This document shows, in pieces, positions 55,201-64,000 of a DNA stretch of 64,000 nucleotides. Positions within the stretch are counted from its first letter, which is position 1, and each line of letters opens with the position of its first letter. The stretch comes from an uncultured virus (IMG/VR IMGVR_UViG_3300025635_000023) (taxonomy: Duplodnaviria > Heunggongvirae > Uroviricota > Caudoviricetes). The notes beneath the pieces are model-generated. The model was given only the letters and a program-made list of their open reading frames with translations, ran no database searches and had not been told where the DNA came from. Position numbers and translations under genes: made by a program. Location of the stretch: the IMG/VR virus record IMGVR_UViG_3300025635_000023; one strand, given 5' to 3'.

Positions 55201-58200
55201 ACGGTAACTGGTGGTACAGTTCACGTTACTGGAGGACCCCCGTCTTCTGGCGTTGTTGTTGCTTCTGGTGTTGGCGGTAGTGGTGGAGGCGCTGGGAGTA
55301 GTGGTGGAGGCGCTGGGGGTAGTGGTGGAGGACGTAAAGCAACTAGAGACATAACTGAAATGATATTTTCACAAATGGACTTGTTAAACGATGAAACTAA
55401 ATTAGCAATACGTCTTGCACCTGATACTGCTGCACGGAGTTCAATAGAAACAAGAAATAAAGCACGTTACATTTCCTTACAGAAAAAAGCGCTAGAAACT
55501 CAATTATTGTACGGTTCTCCAGATTACTCAAACCCACGCGTTTCAACTTTGTTAGCTAACTTAACCACTAGTCCCGATCCTGCAAGAAATTTAGCGTTGA
55601 TGACGGAAAACGTTCTGCAAGATCAAAAAAATAGCGTGCTTGCTCGCGATCGAATTATGACAGATCCTACACTAACCGACAAGCAAAGAAGAAGTGAATT
55701 AGCAAAATTAAGCGAAAGTGATCGACAACTTGACGCTTTTGCAAACGTTTTAAAACGAGTTACTGAAGATCTTAATAGATTTCAACAAGCAATAAAACCG
55801 ACTGGGTTGACTACCGGAGGCGCAGCTGGTACTGGCCCAACAGTACGAACGCGCACCGGCCGCCTTGTAACTGAAGCCGAAATGCTAGCACAGTCTGATT
55901 TAGAAAGTAGAAGAAATTTATACTCGTCTTTTCAAGGAGTTTTACCTCAGCAGAGTTCGCGATATGAGTCTCAACTAGATTTAACAAGAGCTACGCGTAA
56001 TTTCGCAAACACAATGCTTAATCAACTTAGTCCAGTAAACTTGACCGGTGTTGATTTTATGGGGGACACTGTTAAAGAAGCAAATGCAAATCAGGCACTT
56101 GCAGATTTGCAGTCTGCTATGGCAAGTGTTCAGCCAAACACTTTAGAGTCGCGTCCCATTGAGGAACTGGCAGTTGACCTTTCGCGAGTAATTCAGGCCG
56201 CTATAAGACTTGGTGAAGTTATTGACGGTGCAAATAATACAGATCTTACACGCGCAGACATTTTAAATTTAGTCACCGCAACTGGTTTTGCTGAAACACA
56301 GCAAAAACGTTCTGGGGAAGAGATTGACAAACAATCGGCCAAAAATGCTCGCGATCTTGAAGAAAACTTACAAGCAGTCGTTAGTCAACCCGGTTTATTA
56401 CGGCGTTTAACTGGCGGTGTACAACGTGAGGCCGCAGGCTACGTTCGTGATTATCTTACTGGTGTATTTGGTCAATCTCCTGAAGCAACAAGAGCGATAA
56501 ATACAATGTTTAGAGGCGATCAGGTTGTAGCATACGATGATCGAGGGCGTGCGCGCAATTTAGTGGGCGCTAATCGACAGCAATTAGTAAATTTACAGCA
56601 AAGAGTGAAAACTGAAAGCGGATTAGATATATCACTTGATGACATTGAACGCTTACAACGCTCAATGGCCAGAGTACAGCAAGCTCGTAATCAATCACCG
56701 TTTAATGACACATTTTTTTACGCAATGTCTCGTGTTAGAGATCTTCAAACTCTTGGGCAGACAGTCATGGGCGTGTTAAACTTACCGCAAACTATTGCCT
56801 CAACTATAGGTCAGATAGGCGACCCACAACTTCGCACAGACCGTATTATGACTACGGCTCGTGCTCTTTCTTTAAGTCCGGAAACGTATACTAAAGCACT
56901 TGCGGCTGCCACACGGCAGCAGTCTATGTTTGGTGGAACGCTCGCTCGTAATCTTGAGGACATGACCTCATTTATTCCTATATCGAATACGTATGGAGTA
57001 GATGTTGGTAAGTCTGTGCAGGTTGCGCGTAAGCTCGCCGCATTCGATCCTGCTCAAGGTATGCAAGGTGCTAGTATTGCGCTTAAAGAATTTTTGTCTG
57101 GTAATGTGTCATCGCTCAGTAGAAGATTTGAAATTAATCGTAGTGAGCTTTCAAAGATTAACACCGGTGACGCTAACGAGATGTTAGATTCACTTGACGC
57201 ACTTTTGGCTAAGATGGGCGTTACTGATAAATTAATTGATGACCAAGCAAATTCATTAGCAACTAAATATGACCGCATGACCGGTCGATTGGAAACATTG
57301 CAAGTACAATTTAGTGCGTTTGCAGTAGGCGCAATGACTCCAATACTCGAACCAATTCTTGGAGATAGATCGTTTCTTGCTCGTCAGTCTTTTGATCAAA
57401 ATTTACAAAAAGTTGTAAATGAACGATTAAAATCATATGGCGACACAGTGCTGTCAAATCCAGATACAGGTCTGAGAACTTTAAATGTATTTTCATCTAA
57501 TTTTCTTGATCAGCTGGACCCAATGTTAGCAGAGGCGAACGACGCTACTTCTACAGCAGCTTTAGATCTTACTTCAACAACCGGTGCCGTTTCTAATATT
57601 GAACTGTACCGTCGATTGGGTAATATGAAAGCAGACGAACGCCGTCGTATTCAACAAAGCGCTCAAGTTAGTGTGCTTATGGGGATGAACCAAGATCAGG
57701 CTATCTTAAAAGCGATGCGCGATATCGGCGGAGATTTCTTTACGGGTGAGGAGTTTCAAGCGCAAAGACAACCGTTAGGATTCTACGGCAAAGCTTTCAA
57801 TGCGACTATGCGTGAAGACATGATTAAAACGTCAGAGCAACAAATGAAATTCAATCAAACTGGGCAAAGAGTTAAAATTCTCAAGCAATTTGATGCTGAT
57901 ACTTATCAGGTTGAAATGCCAGATGGACGTTCGGAAGTTGTGCGTCTTGCCGGTGTGGACGCACCGGAGAAAACTACTAAAGAAGGTCAGCAAGCAACTG
58001 CGTTTACTCGTGGTATGTTCCGCGGCGATCCCGGAAAAGAAGGAAGATACGCGACCTTGTATAGTACTGGTGCGTATGATCCAAATCAACGTCTTATAGG
58101 TAGTTTAAGTTATGGTGGTAGAGACATAGCAACAGCACTTATTGCAACAGGTAATGCTGCGGTGTACAATTATGAAAACAACATGAATCCAGCTTTACTT

Positions 58201-61200
58201 GCTCCTCTATCAGCATTAGAAAGAAACGCCGCAAACACAGGAATAGGTGCAATAAATGCTAATGCAGCTCGATTAGGTTTGGGAGCTAACGCAGAAATTT
58301 CAGATGCAGTACGCCGCAGATATTTTATGAATACGTATCTTGGCACTGCCGGGTTGACTGGTATCGGTGTTGGTGCAGGTGTCGGAGGAATTGCTAGTCT
58401 TATAAACACATTTGGTACTTTAGGTGCAGCAGCTGGTTCTGCAACGCAGCTAGCATTGCCCGGTTTCGGGGCTGCCGCAACAACTACCGCTGCGGGTACA
58501 GTAGGTGGTGCAGTAGCGTTACCGGCGATTATCGCCGCAGCACTAGCAGGTGCGGGTTATCTAGCATACGCTGGTGTTACAGATAGTAGAGATACTAGTT
58601 CTGCAAAATATCGCGAACTTTATCGATTACAAAGTGAGGAAAATCAGCGAATTAATGCAGAACAGATAGGTAACAAAATGTACCCGCAAGCAGTGCTTGA
58701 CGATCAACAACAATTAGAGGCTGCAGCTGCTGTTTCGCAGACTGCTGCTGGATCGTATACAGGTTATGCTCAAGGTGCTATTTTAAGCATGGACACTGAT
58801 ACACAAACTGCTAGAGATGAGTTTATAGTTCAATATTTAGACACTGGTAGAGAACTTACAAAATATTACAATGGATTATCTCAAGATCAAAAAAGAGTGT
58901 ATTCACTTATTGTAGAAGATCCTGCAACAAAAGAACGAAAAAGTGTCTTTCAAGTAATGCAGATGTATCAAGCGTTGGTTATGCGTGATGTAACCGGTAC
59001 TGACGAAACTGCGAGAAAGTTGCTTGACGACAATAAATCAAGTTATGATCAGTTTGCTGCTAAAGTATACAATACTACACAGGCGGCTAGCTTGCTGCAA
59101 ACAGCACAAGAGTATGGTATTGTTTCTGATTTTACCGCTTATTCCAATAATATACCGCGTGGGCGAGTAAGTCAGGTTATCAGTGATCAACAGTTTATTG
59201 ATTTAGATGTAGGCCAGCAGCAAAGAATTACGCAAGAATTAAACGACCAAATAAATCAAGCAAGCTGGAAACGATTTGCAAAAGAATACACAGACCAAGC
59301 AATGGAAAAGCAATTTCAAATTTCTCAGCAGCGCTTTACACAGTATGTTGATTTAAATGCACTTAATTCTCTTGCCGGTATGAATTCTGTACGTTCTATG
59401 ATTAATCCAATGGTTAATCTTGATAAAGTGGGGACTGGCCGTGCTAACGAGGACTTAACAACTGCGTCTCTCCGTGCGATGGAAAAAACTATTTTTGTTG
59501 AGGGTGTGAAGTATGATCGCAAAGGAACAGAGGAATTACGCACCGCACAAGCAAATGCAGTTAAAACACTTGAGGCACAGATCACTGCATTTAGAGAACA
59601 GGAGGAGTTAACTCGCCCGTTTAATCTAGCATTAAAAGGAACGTACAATAATTTTATTCAAACGCTCCGGAGTGCAGGTGTTCAATATGAAAACATAGTA
59701 ACTTTCTTGTCTCAAGGAAATCCACGCGGTTTCTTAGATATTAGTCAACAAATGAGCGGATTTAATTTACAGACGATAATGCAGAATCGAATTACTACAC
59801 AAAATCAAAATATAATGGGTATTACTGGCCCAACAACTATGGGAACCGGCCCAATTCCTGTAGGCAGTTCGTTTAATTTTGGCTATACAACAGGTCCTCA
59901 AGGTACTCTTCGGTTTGCGAAAGATTTTATGAAAGCACCGGAGTTATCTCTTTTTAATCCTGCTACTATAGCCTCTGTTATAATGCAGGGTGTTCAGGCA
60001 AACACCGAGATAGTTCAGCGGAATGTTCAGTTTGGTCGTCAACTTCGCGATGCTGATTTAAGTAATCGTAGAAGCATTGAAGACATAAATCGAAATGGTA
60101 TGCGAACACTTGAAGATATTCATCGCAATTATACGCGGAATATGGTACAATTAGCACAGCAGGCCGAATTACAAAAACGTGCAGGTACTGCATCGTTCTA
60201 CACAAATGCCACTGCAGCCAATATTCCACAATCGGAGAAAGATAGAATTACTGCACTGCGTGAGCAAGGCCAGCAAAAAGCTTCTCATATTGAACAAGCC
60301 GACGTTGCGGGTTACTTGAAAACACCTGAAGGTATGCAAGATACAGAATTACAAGCGGCCTATGCTGAATATGAGGCAGTCCCGTGGACTGATTACACAG
60401 CAAAGGAAGCAGCGTGGCAAAAAGTCAAAGGTATGATTGACTCACGTCAATCTGCTGCAGAAGCTCGAATGAACAATGCAACAGATTCAAAGGAGAGATC
60501 AGCCGCACAGATGCAGTTGGGTTACTTATCTGAGAATTATGATCGTGGTGCTCAGTATCGAAAGTACGTTGATGATATGGCAAATCAACAACTAGAGTTT
60601 GCAAGTAAACGTCAGCAGCTTACACGAAATCGTGGTGACCTTGAACGAGAACGGACCAGATTAGAACAACAAGCTCCCGCATTACAAAAACGATTAGCTG
60701 AGGCAAGGACTCCTGAGGAAATACAAGCTGCAAATGATGCACTTGAAGAGAATCGCGTTTCACTAGAAAAAAACAGTGAGGCACTCGCGCAAAATGCGCG
60801 TGAGATGGATTCTGTAACAATCACTGCACCGTTATGGGCTGATAACTGGCGAGAAGCTGGAAAACAAATTCTCGAAAGTTCTCAGAGTACTATTTCGGGT
60901 TTAAGAAAAGATCTTGAAGACTTCGATATCACATACGCACGGAATCTAGAAGATGCGTATAGAGGTTTTAAAAATGCCAAAGAAGATATGGTTCGTCAAT
61001 TCACCGAAGCTGCTACAGAAATTTCTCAAGCAGTTCCAGCGGAGTTTGCGAAAGCACTTACTGCAATTACTGCGTACCAACGAATGTCTTTAAGAGCCGA
61101 GGCATACTACAATCGAGGTTATACTGAATCAGCTCAATCATTACAGAAATATGCAGATATGCAGCTGGCAGGTTCGTTGTATACAAAAGGAAGTAACGAA

Positions 61201-61449
61201 TACGAAGAAATGGTTCGTAGTCTAAATTCCGGTGTTAATAGTATGACAGCTGACGGAATGAAAGGTGGCGACCTAACTATGGGTCCATCTTCGTTAGGTG
61301 CGTACGGTGAAGTGGGTGCTGACGGTAAAAACTATTTACGCGTAATAGTAAGAGACGCTAGTACTATTGCACCTGTGGTTACTACGACTACAACAGTCAC
61401 CGGAAACGGTAGAGACCCAATGATACCGGATCAAGGTGTTGAGCCATAA
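49201..61449 (+). CDS. Giant tape-measure-like protein (4082 aa) with DUF4326-like and thermonuclease domains
   Basis: Follows chaperone; Ala/Gln-rich helical; tape-measure-like segment near 56700-57350; hydrophobic Gly/Ala stretch near 58340-58580. Confidence 0.8.
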   Translation: MADEIRQATEDLKLMTQAIEELYAKAESKPQITPVFQELGGREGIAQYAAASSENAADYLSSLEEVLQRHKDIYTVVQNQIKVLREATEQAAAFSAAVTQSTDSTSAPSQRPRKKQRDSSAGATRSASSAYTTSDAEAMLPVDHKDPLGVAFVGGGRPPLRSSVGSRPAQTETVQKIVDYVIKNPDLFTATADVYTKETIEIINRLMSGARVASRGGAGRQINAQIVSDFETLFPQDTGASFPVYKATVGARPKGVNSARQIVDYVLKHPEIFRVSTETHTQEIVDAADAMLDGMQRYHAGTTDRSTSRQIVANFNKLFPKNASATSEQSSRSQIVVAIETALKHLGMAEAPSVQNLGAASDQYILDLLEDLVDRLGTVDPATGKVQTASIGRGTLVKKLGVLIPRLGNIINRAVRAQVVRPEDVDNSDMLGTSLPADLEFRISPNARDDDTGESLFALLGANVFRPPGNVGGGTPTAGKKRHDNYSARESLRTSIRGGASTTARDDGSVLTDIDLAQGAQVTGYDAGSVYTTPVADLVRERIRSQREQVNEDIVSGRFKTVTINGREQRIPETLYNSYQDSIRAAIAMSKDTTLVGRRAQTDNSGYGGIYGAGPSVLENETVNLHAAAMLNQYLNNPDQPITSALDYSFMQQVVKQEVGGENITPTQNALRLYANRMREGFYFQAVQNMQRAEDSPTEAARETARKKAEQLLQQRRLIDTILNEQTTPEQRGQMLGVAARTQTGKIIEGQYAPLSVDAALTHIFGTDIAGVPDFEDAALGIQNYAQQTTRELYAKGVELPDTLPRGMPPLGVDTKPKATLNAVLAAGRKIVDKEAGRTTGISAAQRKNKYNEEYDSNARYAESLLKQAQSDDELQKKTALETIAIFRAVAAIRSSNPDKWIQTGIVGSEEGFEGDNRARAVQYLNYIALKRQVQQNDGNNTSREAVAAAQQLAAIELQRRSVQQRAAGMDIRPNFQFNPVMMENSFNPVSTDAKNLFQGTVYSGQIKIGRLQSDLGEDQYESAVELNSLADAVNDFSTEDSSELIKRIAEVNRQINQLNIHENPYADILPQNIKNPTELRQLQTIAQSLIERRSLIALNEERDLAGSKISSLSEGAQTLVRAQQDAMTSGAADRQRASRALAGALPATEVETLKSRLKELRAKKTRTSEEQRELNNVRRRLGKNTIVNMAADSRYATATGKGIPQLLEIASKMLDDPEKIESAATLVSRISNLSDDEVALYNNVDFSDYTQRSGVLDTLTNRTTKGRERYRDTSSMAQTVRKQRVEQYASRFQDAAAKVKKASQIKNMQEQLDALSAITPDEFSQAEIFQYLNSDVSLSEKEKLIAEMRQRDRERERQSREQSQRSQEASRQSNKFKPGARPRQRRGVRPSIDVNRSRQQSLEMQLPEQSAEIAENQSLLDNLKAVLRLIDFRDKNVQNLMEYDPVVTIAEESTQKGDSQSGRKQRNIGASIRQIAADAFALLSSGVRSTPKAIVKNLKGTAAVAEAESRGEGVSTLRKKDVGDAHYGNPFTLHSPKTGEVRVKTVKEAVDRYKAWLAGTADQDVKQEQRNWILSQIDAGVLDDQTLLYYTQLKEPSHADALAEFVNERRKSPAVATSEPTVSSETSTALSVPKRVPLRTRQQKSNRPTFTLSESQRMKAKAVNESRKVEETQKIEQTEKVAESEQAQKAEKAKKAEEARKAKKAEQIRLAEQARLAEQARLAEEVKLAQQEDQRARLLDEQEESAKQAIKLTGVEAYEALLMGDTATQQLQEQKSIEQADRTRQAEIQKSRDRRSAREAKASQPQKAERRTAKRQITREAQKEARAVRIAEEARLAEEVKKTANVEASYALMEDSAIQKEQLQAEAELYAIDEEAAIRQADAESIISSSVRGSSRKSKTTLAAAPSANSLVVFSGSSATNPSSIDVTPAQLTPRKPRTAKTPKTSTTSLINFSGASGAVQPLAVVPTSVPTATATTPPPTTGGITAPGAAIDAPNATITVTGGTVHVTGGPPSSGVVVASGVGGSGGGAGSSGGGAGGSGGGRKATRDITEMIFSQMDLLNDETKLAIRLAPDTAARSSIETRNKARYISLQKKALETQLLYGSPDYSNPRVSTLLANLTTSPDPARNLALMTENVLQDQKNSVLARDRIMTDPTLTDKQRRSELAKLSESDRQLDAFANVLKRVTEDLNRFQQAIKPTGLTTGGAAGTGPTVRTRTGRLVTEAEMLAQSDLESRRNLYSSFQGVLPQQSSRYESQLDLTRATRNFANTMLNQLSPVNLTGVDFMGDTVKEANANQALADLQSAMASVQPNTLESRPIEELAVDLSRVIQAAIRLGEVIDGANNTDLTRADILNLVTATGFAETQQKRSGEEIDKQSAKNARDLEENLQAVVSQPGLLRRLTGGVQREAAGYVRDYLTGVFGQSPEATRAINTMFRGDQVVAYDDRGRARNLVGANRQQLVNLQQRVKTESGLDISLDDIERLQRSMARVQQARNQSPFNDTFFYAMSRVRDLQTLGQTVMGVLNLPQTIASTIGQIGDPQLRTDRIMTTARALSLSPETYTKALAAATRQQSMFGGTLARNLEDMTSFIPISNTYGVDVGKSVQVARKLAAFDPAQGMQGASIALKEFLSGNVSSLSRRFEINRSELSKINTGDANEMLDSLDALLAKMGVTDKLIDDQANSLATKYDRMTGRLETLQVQFSAFAVGAMTPILEPILGDRSFLARQSFDQNLQKVVNERLKSYGDTVLSNPDTGLRTLNVFSSNFLDQLDPMLAEANDATSTAALDLTSTTGAVSNIELYRRLGNMKADERRRIQQSAQVSVLMGMNQDQAILKAMRDIGGDFFTGEEFQAQRQPLGFYGKAFNATMREDMIKTSEQQMKFNQTGQRVKILKQFDADTYQVEMPDGRSEVVRLAGVDAPEKTTKEGQQATAFTRGMFRGDPGKEGRYATLYSTGAYDPNQRLIGSLSYGGRDIATALIATGNAAVYNYENNMNPALLAPLSALERNAANTGIGAINANAARLGLGANAEISDAVRRRYFMNTYLGTAGLTGIGVGAGVGGIASLINTFGTLGAAAGSATQLALPGFGAAATTTAAGTVGGAVALPAIIAAALAGAGYLAYAGVTDSRDTSSAKYRELYRLQSEENQRINAEQIGNKMYPQAVLDDQQQLEAAAAVSQTAAGSYTGYAQGAILSMDTDTQTARDEFIVQYLDTGRELTKYYNGLSQDQKRVYSLIVEDPATKERKSVFQVMQMYQALVMRDVTGTDETARKLLDDNKSSYDQFAAKVYNTTQAASLLQTAQEYGIVSDFTAYSNNIPRGRVSQVISDQQFIDLDVGQQQRITQELNDQINQASWKRFAKEYTDQAMEKQFQISQQRFTQYVDLNALNSLAGMNSVRSMINPMVNLDKVGTGRANEDLTTASLRAMEKTIFVEGVKYDRKGTEELRTAQANAVKTLEAQITAFREQEELTRPFNLALKGTYNNFIQTLRSAGVQYENIVTFLSQGNPRGFLDISQQMSGFNLQTIMQNRITTQNQNIMGITGPTTMGTGPIPVGSSFNFGYTTGPQGTLRFAKDFMKAPELSLFNPATIASVIMQGVQANTEIVQRNVQFGRQLRDADLSNRRSIEDINRNGMRTLEDIHRNYTRNMVQLAQQAELQKRAGTASFYTNATAANIPQSEKDRITALREQGQQKASHIEQADVAGYLKTPEGMQDTELQAAYAEYEAVPWTDYTAKEAAWQKVKGMIDSRQSAAEARMNNATDSKERSAAQMQLGYLSENYDRGAQYRKYVDDMANQQLEFASKRQQLTRNRGDLERERTRLEQQAPALQKRLAEARTPEEIQAANDALEENRVSLEKNSEALAQNAREMDSVTITAPLWADNWREAGKQILESSQSTISGLRKDLEDFDITYARNLEDAYRGFKNAKEDMVRQFTEAATEISQAVPAEFAKALTAITAYQRMSLRAEAYYNRGYTESAQSLQKYADMQLAGSLYTKGSNEYEEMVRSLNSGVNSMTADGMKGGDLTMGPSSLGAYGEVGADGKNYLRVIVRDASTIAPVVTTTTTVTGNGRDPMIPDQGVEP

Positions 61450-61467
61450 TAGGTAATTAACTTAAAA

Positions 61468-61508
61468 AAGTTAAAGAAGGGAAAATTAAATTTTCCCTTC
61501 TTTAACTA
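61468..61508 (+). terminator. Hairpin after tape measure gene
   Basis: AGTTAAAGAAGGGAAAA/TTTTCCCTTCTTTAACT. Confidence 0.55.
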
Positions 61509-61519
61509 AAGGGAGAAAT

Positions 61520-61936
61520 ATGACATATGAATTAAGTCCAATATACTTTAGCGGTTATCAAGGTACAACCGTGTTTTATATGGATGCCAAAGCAAGTTCA
61601 TTTCAAAAAAGCACCGTGACTTTTGGAGATAAACTTGAAGCAGTTGATGGGTCAGTACATTACATGCATCGCTCATTTAAAGACCAGTGGACGTTTACAT
61701 GGAACTTGATTCGTTATTCTGCGCCAGAAGGGTATCCTCTTGCAACCGTAGAAAAACTAAAGACTTTCTATCGCTCAGTTGCATTATCCGGGACAAGTAT
61801 TAACCTTGTCATTCAGGGTCAGACCTATAATGTTATTCCTGATCCAAACTCATGGTCGGAACAATTATCGGCCAACGAAGTAACGTTAACTAATGTCCCG
61901 TATTACACAGTAAGTTTTAGAGTGGTGCAGACATGA
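61520..61936 (+). CDS. Putative distal tail protein
   Basis: 138 aa directly after the tape measure gene. Confidence 0.55.
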   Translation: MTYELSPIYFSGYQGTTVFYMDAKASSFQKSTVTFGDKLEAVDGSVHYMHRSFKDQWTFTWNLIRYSAPEGYPLATVEKLKTFYRSVALSGTSINLVIQGQTYNVIPDPNSWSEQLSANEVTLTNVPYYTVSFRVVQT

Positions 61937-63669
61937 ACTATCAGCTTTCGTATCGTGTCTATGTTTCCGCGATTAATACTAAGGTAGATCAACCGGCAAA
62001 TTTAATACCCAGCCAGTATGTGCAGGATATAGGCATATCGCACACTATGGCTACTCAGATGACCTCAGGTGTTACTCTCGGACAGATGGCACCTCCTGAG
62101 TGCTCAATAACGCTGATTAAATCAGCCTATAATTTTTTTGCGGATCGGCAATATAACTGGAGATTAGCCAATGTTCTTGTACTCTATTCAATAGATGCCC
62201 TTAACTTCTACCCTGCTTTTGCTGGATTCCTAGAGTCACGTCAGGAAAGTCTGACACAGGTGACATTTAAAGCTTGTGGGTATTTACGGTATGTCGAATA
62301 CTATAAGCACCTCACACCATTGTGGGAGAACAAACCTGCCGCTACTGTCATACCTGATCCACCAACACCTTACTCAACATCAGTAAGCGGTATCTGGGGG
62401 CAATTGTATAATTCTCAAAATCCTACCACGCTTAGTGGTAGTACAATAGGAACAATTAATACAGTATTCTGGCTATGCGGAGGTAGGCCGTATAAGTATA
62501 AAACTTTTTTAGAAGAGACCAATCAAATTCCACGGTTTTACTTTGACTGTGATGCGTCTATAATTTCCCCTCGGTTTACGTGGTTGAATCGCGAAGACAT
62601 TCTACAAGATTTAACCGCTTTAGCTATTGCAGGTGGCGGGCAGCTAACGCAATCAGCGAATGGTGTAGTGCAGTTTGTAAATGCCCTTTCGTTTACAAAA
62701 TCAAAAAATAATTTTACAATTACTGATTCAATGTTTTCCTCTTTATCTATCGATGACGAGGCTGCGGTGACGTTTGGTAAAGTTATCGCAACGTTCTCGC
62801 CGCGTTTTCTCGGTGCAAATAAAGCACTTATTGATGCTAGTTTAAGTAAGTATCTACCATACGGCGAGGAGTATGTTCACGATATTGAATTTCCGCAACC
62901 AGTTAGTAGGTTAACTAACAACACATACTACGGCTCGGGAATTAGTTTCGCAGCTAGCGGCGGTTACTTTGGAATTGACGAGTATATTACAAGTCGCGAT
63001 TTTGTAAAAGCAGTTGACTTTAACGGCGACATTGCCTCTGTCTCTCTAAAGGTTCCACGGTTAAATGAAGTAATGTATCCCAAAAATAAATGGTTTTGGG
63101 ATTCAGTGGCTGCGTCCGGTTACTGGACAGTCATTGAGGACGTTACAAAGACACCCGGACAGTTTATGCAGGTGTTTGTCCGTAATGACGACGTAGGTCG
63201 TGGTTTATACTTAAGTAAATTAACACTTTACGGAATTCCTTTAATTGCCGGTGAACAACAAACAATCAAAAAAGATATACCGATTGTGTTTAGCGGGCTT
63301 GTACAGACTGGTATTATTCCCTCCGGTTTTAGAGAAATCCGTATGAGTGAGAATGCATACGTTCAATCAAAGGATCACGCGATGCGTATGCTTGAAATTG
63401 TAAAGTATCTTCATAAACGACCTAGACCTGTACATCGATTTACTGACTTGGTTTATAATCCGACATTGGCATTAGGGGACATTGTTTCTGTTAATAGTAC
63501 GTTTTACCAAATTAAGGGTAAGTACAAAATTGTTGAAATTATTGTTAAAAATACAGGAGCGCGTATGGATCTTGCTTGCGTAGACGTAAACGATCTAGCA
63601 GAGCGCGAAGATTTTTTTATAATTGGTAACAGCTATCAGGCTACTGATACAAAGTTACTTTCATTTTAA
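61933..63669 (+). CDS. Putative tail tip/baseplate hub protein
   Basis: Position; C-terminal NPTLALGDIVSV. Confidence 0.6.
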   Translation: MNYQLSYRVYVSAINTKVDQPANLIPSQYVQDIGISHTMATQMTSGVTLGQMAPPECSITLIKSAYNFFADRQYNWRLANVLVLYSIDALNFYPAFAGFLESRQESLTQVTFKACGYLRYVEYYKHLTPLWENKPAATVIPDPPTPYSTSVSGIWGQLYNSQNPTTLSGSTIGTINTVFWLCGGRPYKYKTFLEETNQIPRFYFDCDASIISPRFTWLNREDILQDLTALAIAGGGQLTQSANGVVQFVNALSFTKSKNNFTITDSMFSSLSIDDEAAVTFGKVIATFSPRFLGANKALIDASLSKYLPYGEEYVHDIEFPQPVSRLTNNTYYGSGISFAASGGYFGIDEYITSRDFVKAVDFNGDIASVSLKVPRLNEVMYPKNKWFWDSVAASGYWTVIEDVTKTPGQFMQVFVRNDDVGRGLYLSKLTLYGIPLIAGEQQTIKKDIPIVFSGLVQTGIIPSGFREIRMSENAYVQSKDHAMRMLEIVKYLHKRPRPVHRFTDLVYNPTLALGDIVSVNSTFYQIKGKYKIVEIIVKNTGARMDLACVDVNDLAEREDFFIIGNSYQATDTKLLSF

Positions 63670-63681
63670 GGAGGAGATGTC

Positions 63682-64000
63682 ATGATTTTTGCGCTTTCGA
63701 CTGTTCCATCACTATTTGATGGGCAAGAGTTATCGGCCGCTGATTTAAATAATTTAGCACAAAATACTGAAGTTCTTGAGCAGATTGTAAACGGACCTGA
63801 TCGTCTCTTTCTTAGCAGCTGGGCGTACGCACCTCCGATGTTTTTTCTAAGTAATACCGGAGATATTAGCGTTACGGGTAATGATGGTAAGGTAATTACG
63901 CTTAGCGGCAAGAAATTCCGCTTTTCTGAGATTGACGTATGGGAAGGTAGTTTTGTGTACAGAGAAGGTATGCACACACTACGAGTCGCTTTTCAATCGT
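63682..64000 (+). CDS. Tail protein, partial (runs off the window)
   Basis: AAGGAGG RBS; MIFALSTVPSLFDGQELSAADLNNL; absent from the track because it is truncated. Confidence 0.65.
   Translation, partial: MIFALSTVPSLFDGQELSAADLNNLAQNTEVLEQIVNGPDRLFLSSWAYAPPMFFLSNTGDISVTGNDGKVITLSGKKFRFSEIDVWEGSFVYREGMHTLRVAFQS

Noticed and set aside
49737..60824. Antisense ORFs within the tape-measure gene
   Set aside because: Shadow ORFs of a long coding frame, without RBS or recognisable motifs.

Overview
The window is part of a large, probably lytic, tailed dsDNA bacteriophage genome; no integrase is visible and the tail looks siphovirus-like. It has four blocks. (1) 1-13.0 kb, + strand: replication and nucleotide genes (family A DNA polymerase, RecA/UvsX-like recombinase, PD-(D/E)XK nuclease, metallophosphoesterase, ThyX, DUF1599-like protein), tRNA-Arg(TCT), tRNA-Leu(TAA), glycosyltransferases, a glucosaminidase and small hypotheticals. 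(2) 13.0-13.8 kb: non-coding, with DnaA boxes, a G-quadruplex motif and direct repeats. (3) 13.8-41.2 kb, - strand: an early/accessory region of small genes (including ArdC-like) separated by repeated leader/terminator cassettes and repeated pseudoknot-like motifs; then RNase H-like, a BMP-family lipoprotein, a DUF2828/TROVE-like vWA protein flanked by covarying RNA-like hairpins, lysis genes, portal, intein-containing terminase, class II ribonucleotide reductase and MazG. (4) 41.5-64 kb, + strand: head and tail genes, including a thermonuclease-domain gene in the neck cluster and a 4082-aa tape-measure-like protein carrying thermonuclease and DUF4326-like domains. The best candidate for an undescribed system is the promoter-driven array of five covarying stem-loops with a conserved CAGCA-like motif around the Ro60/TROVE-like DUF2828 gene. 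All family calls come from motif recognition by eye; no database searches were run.
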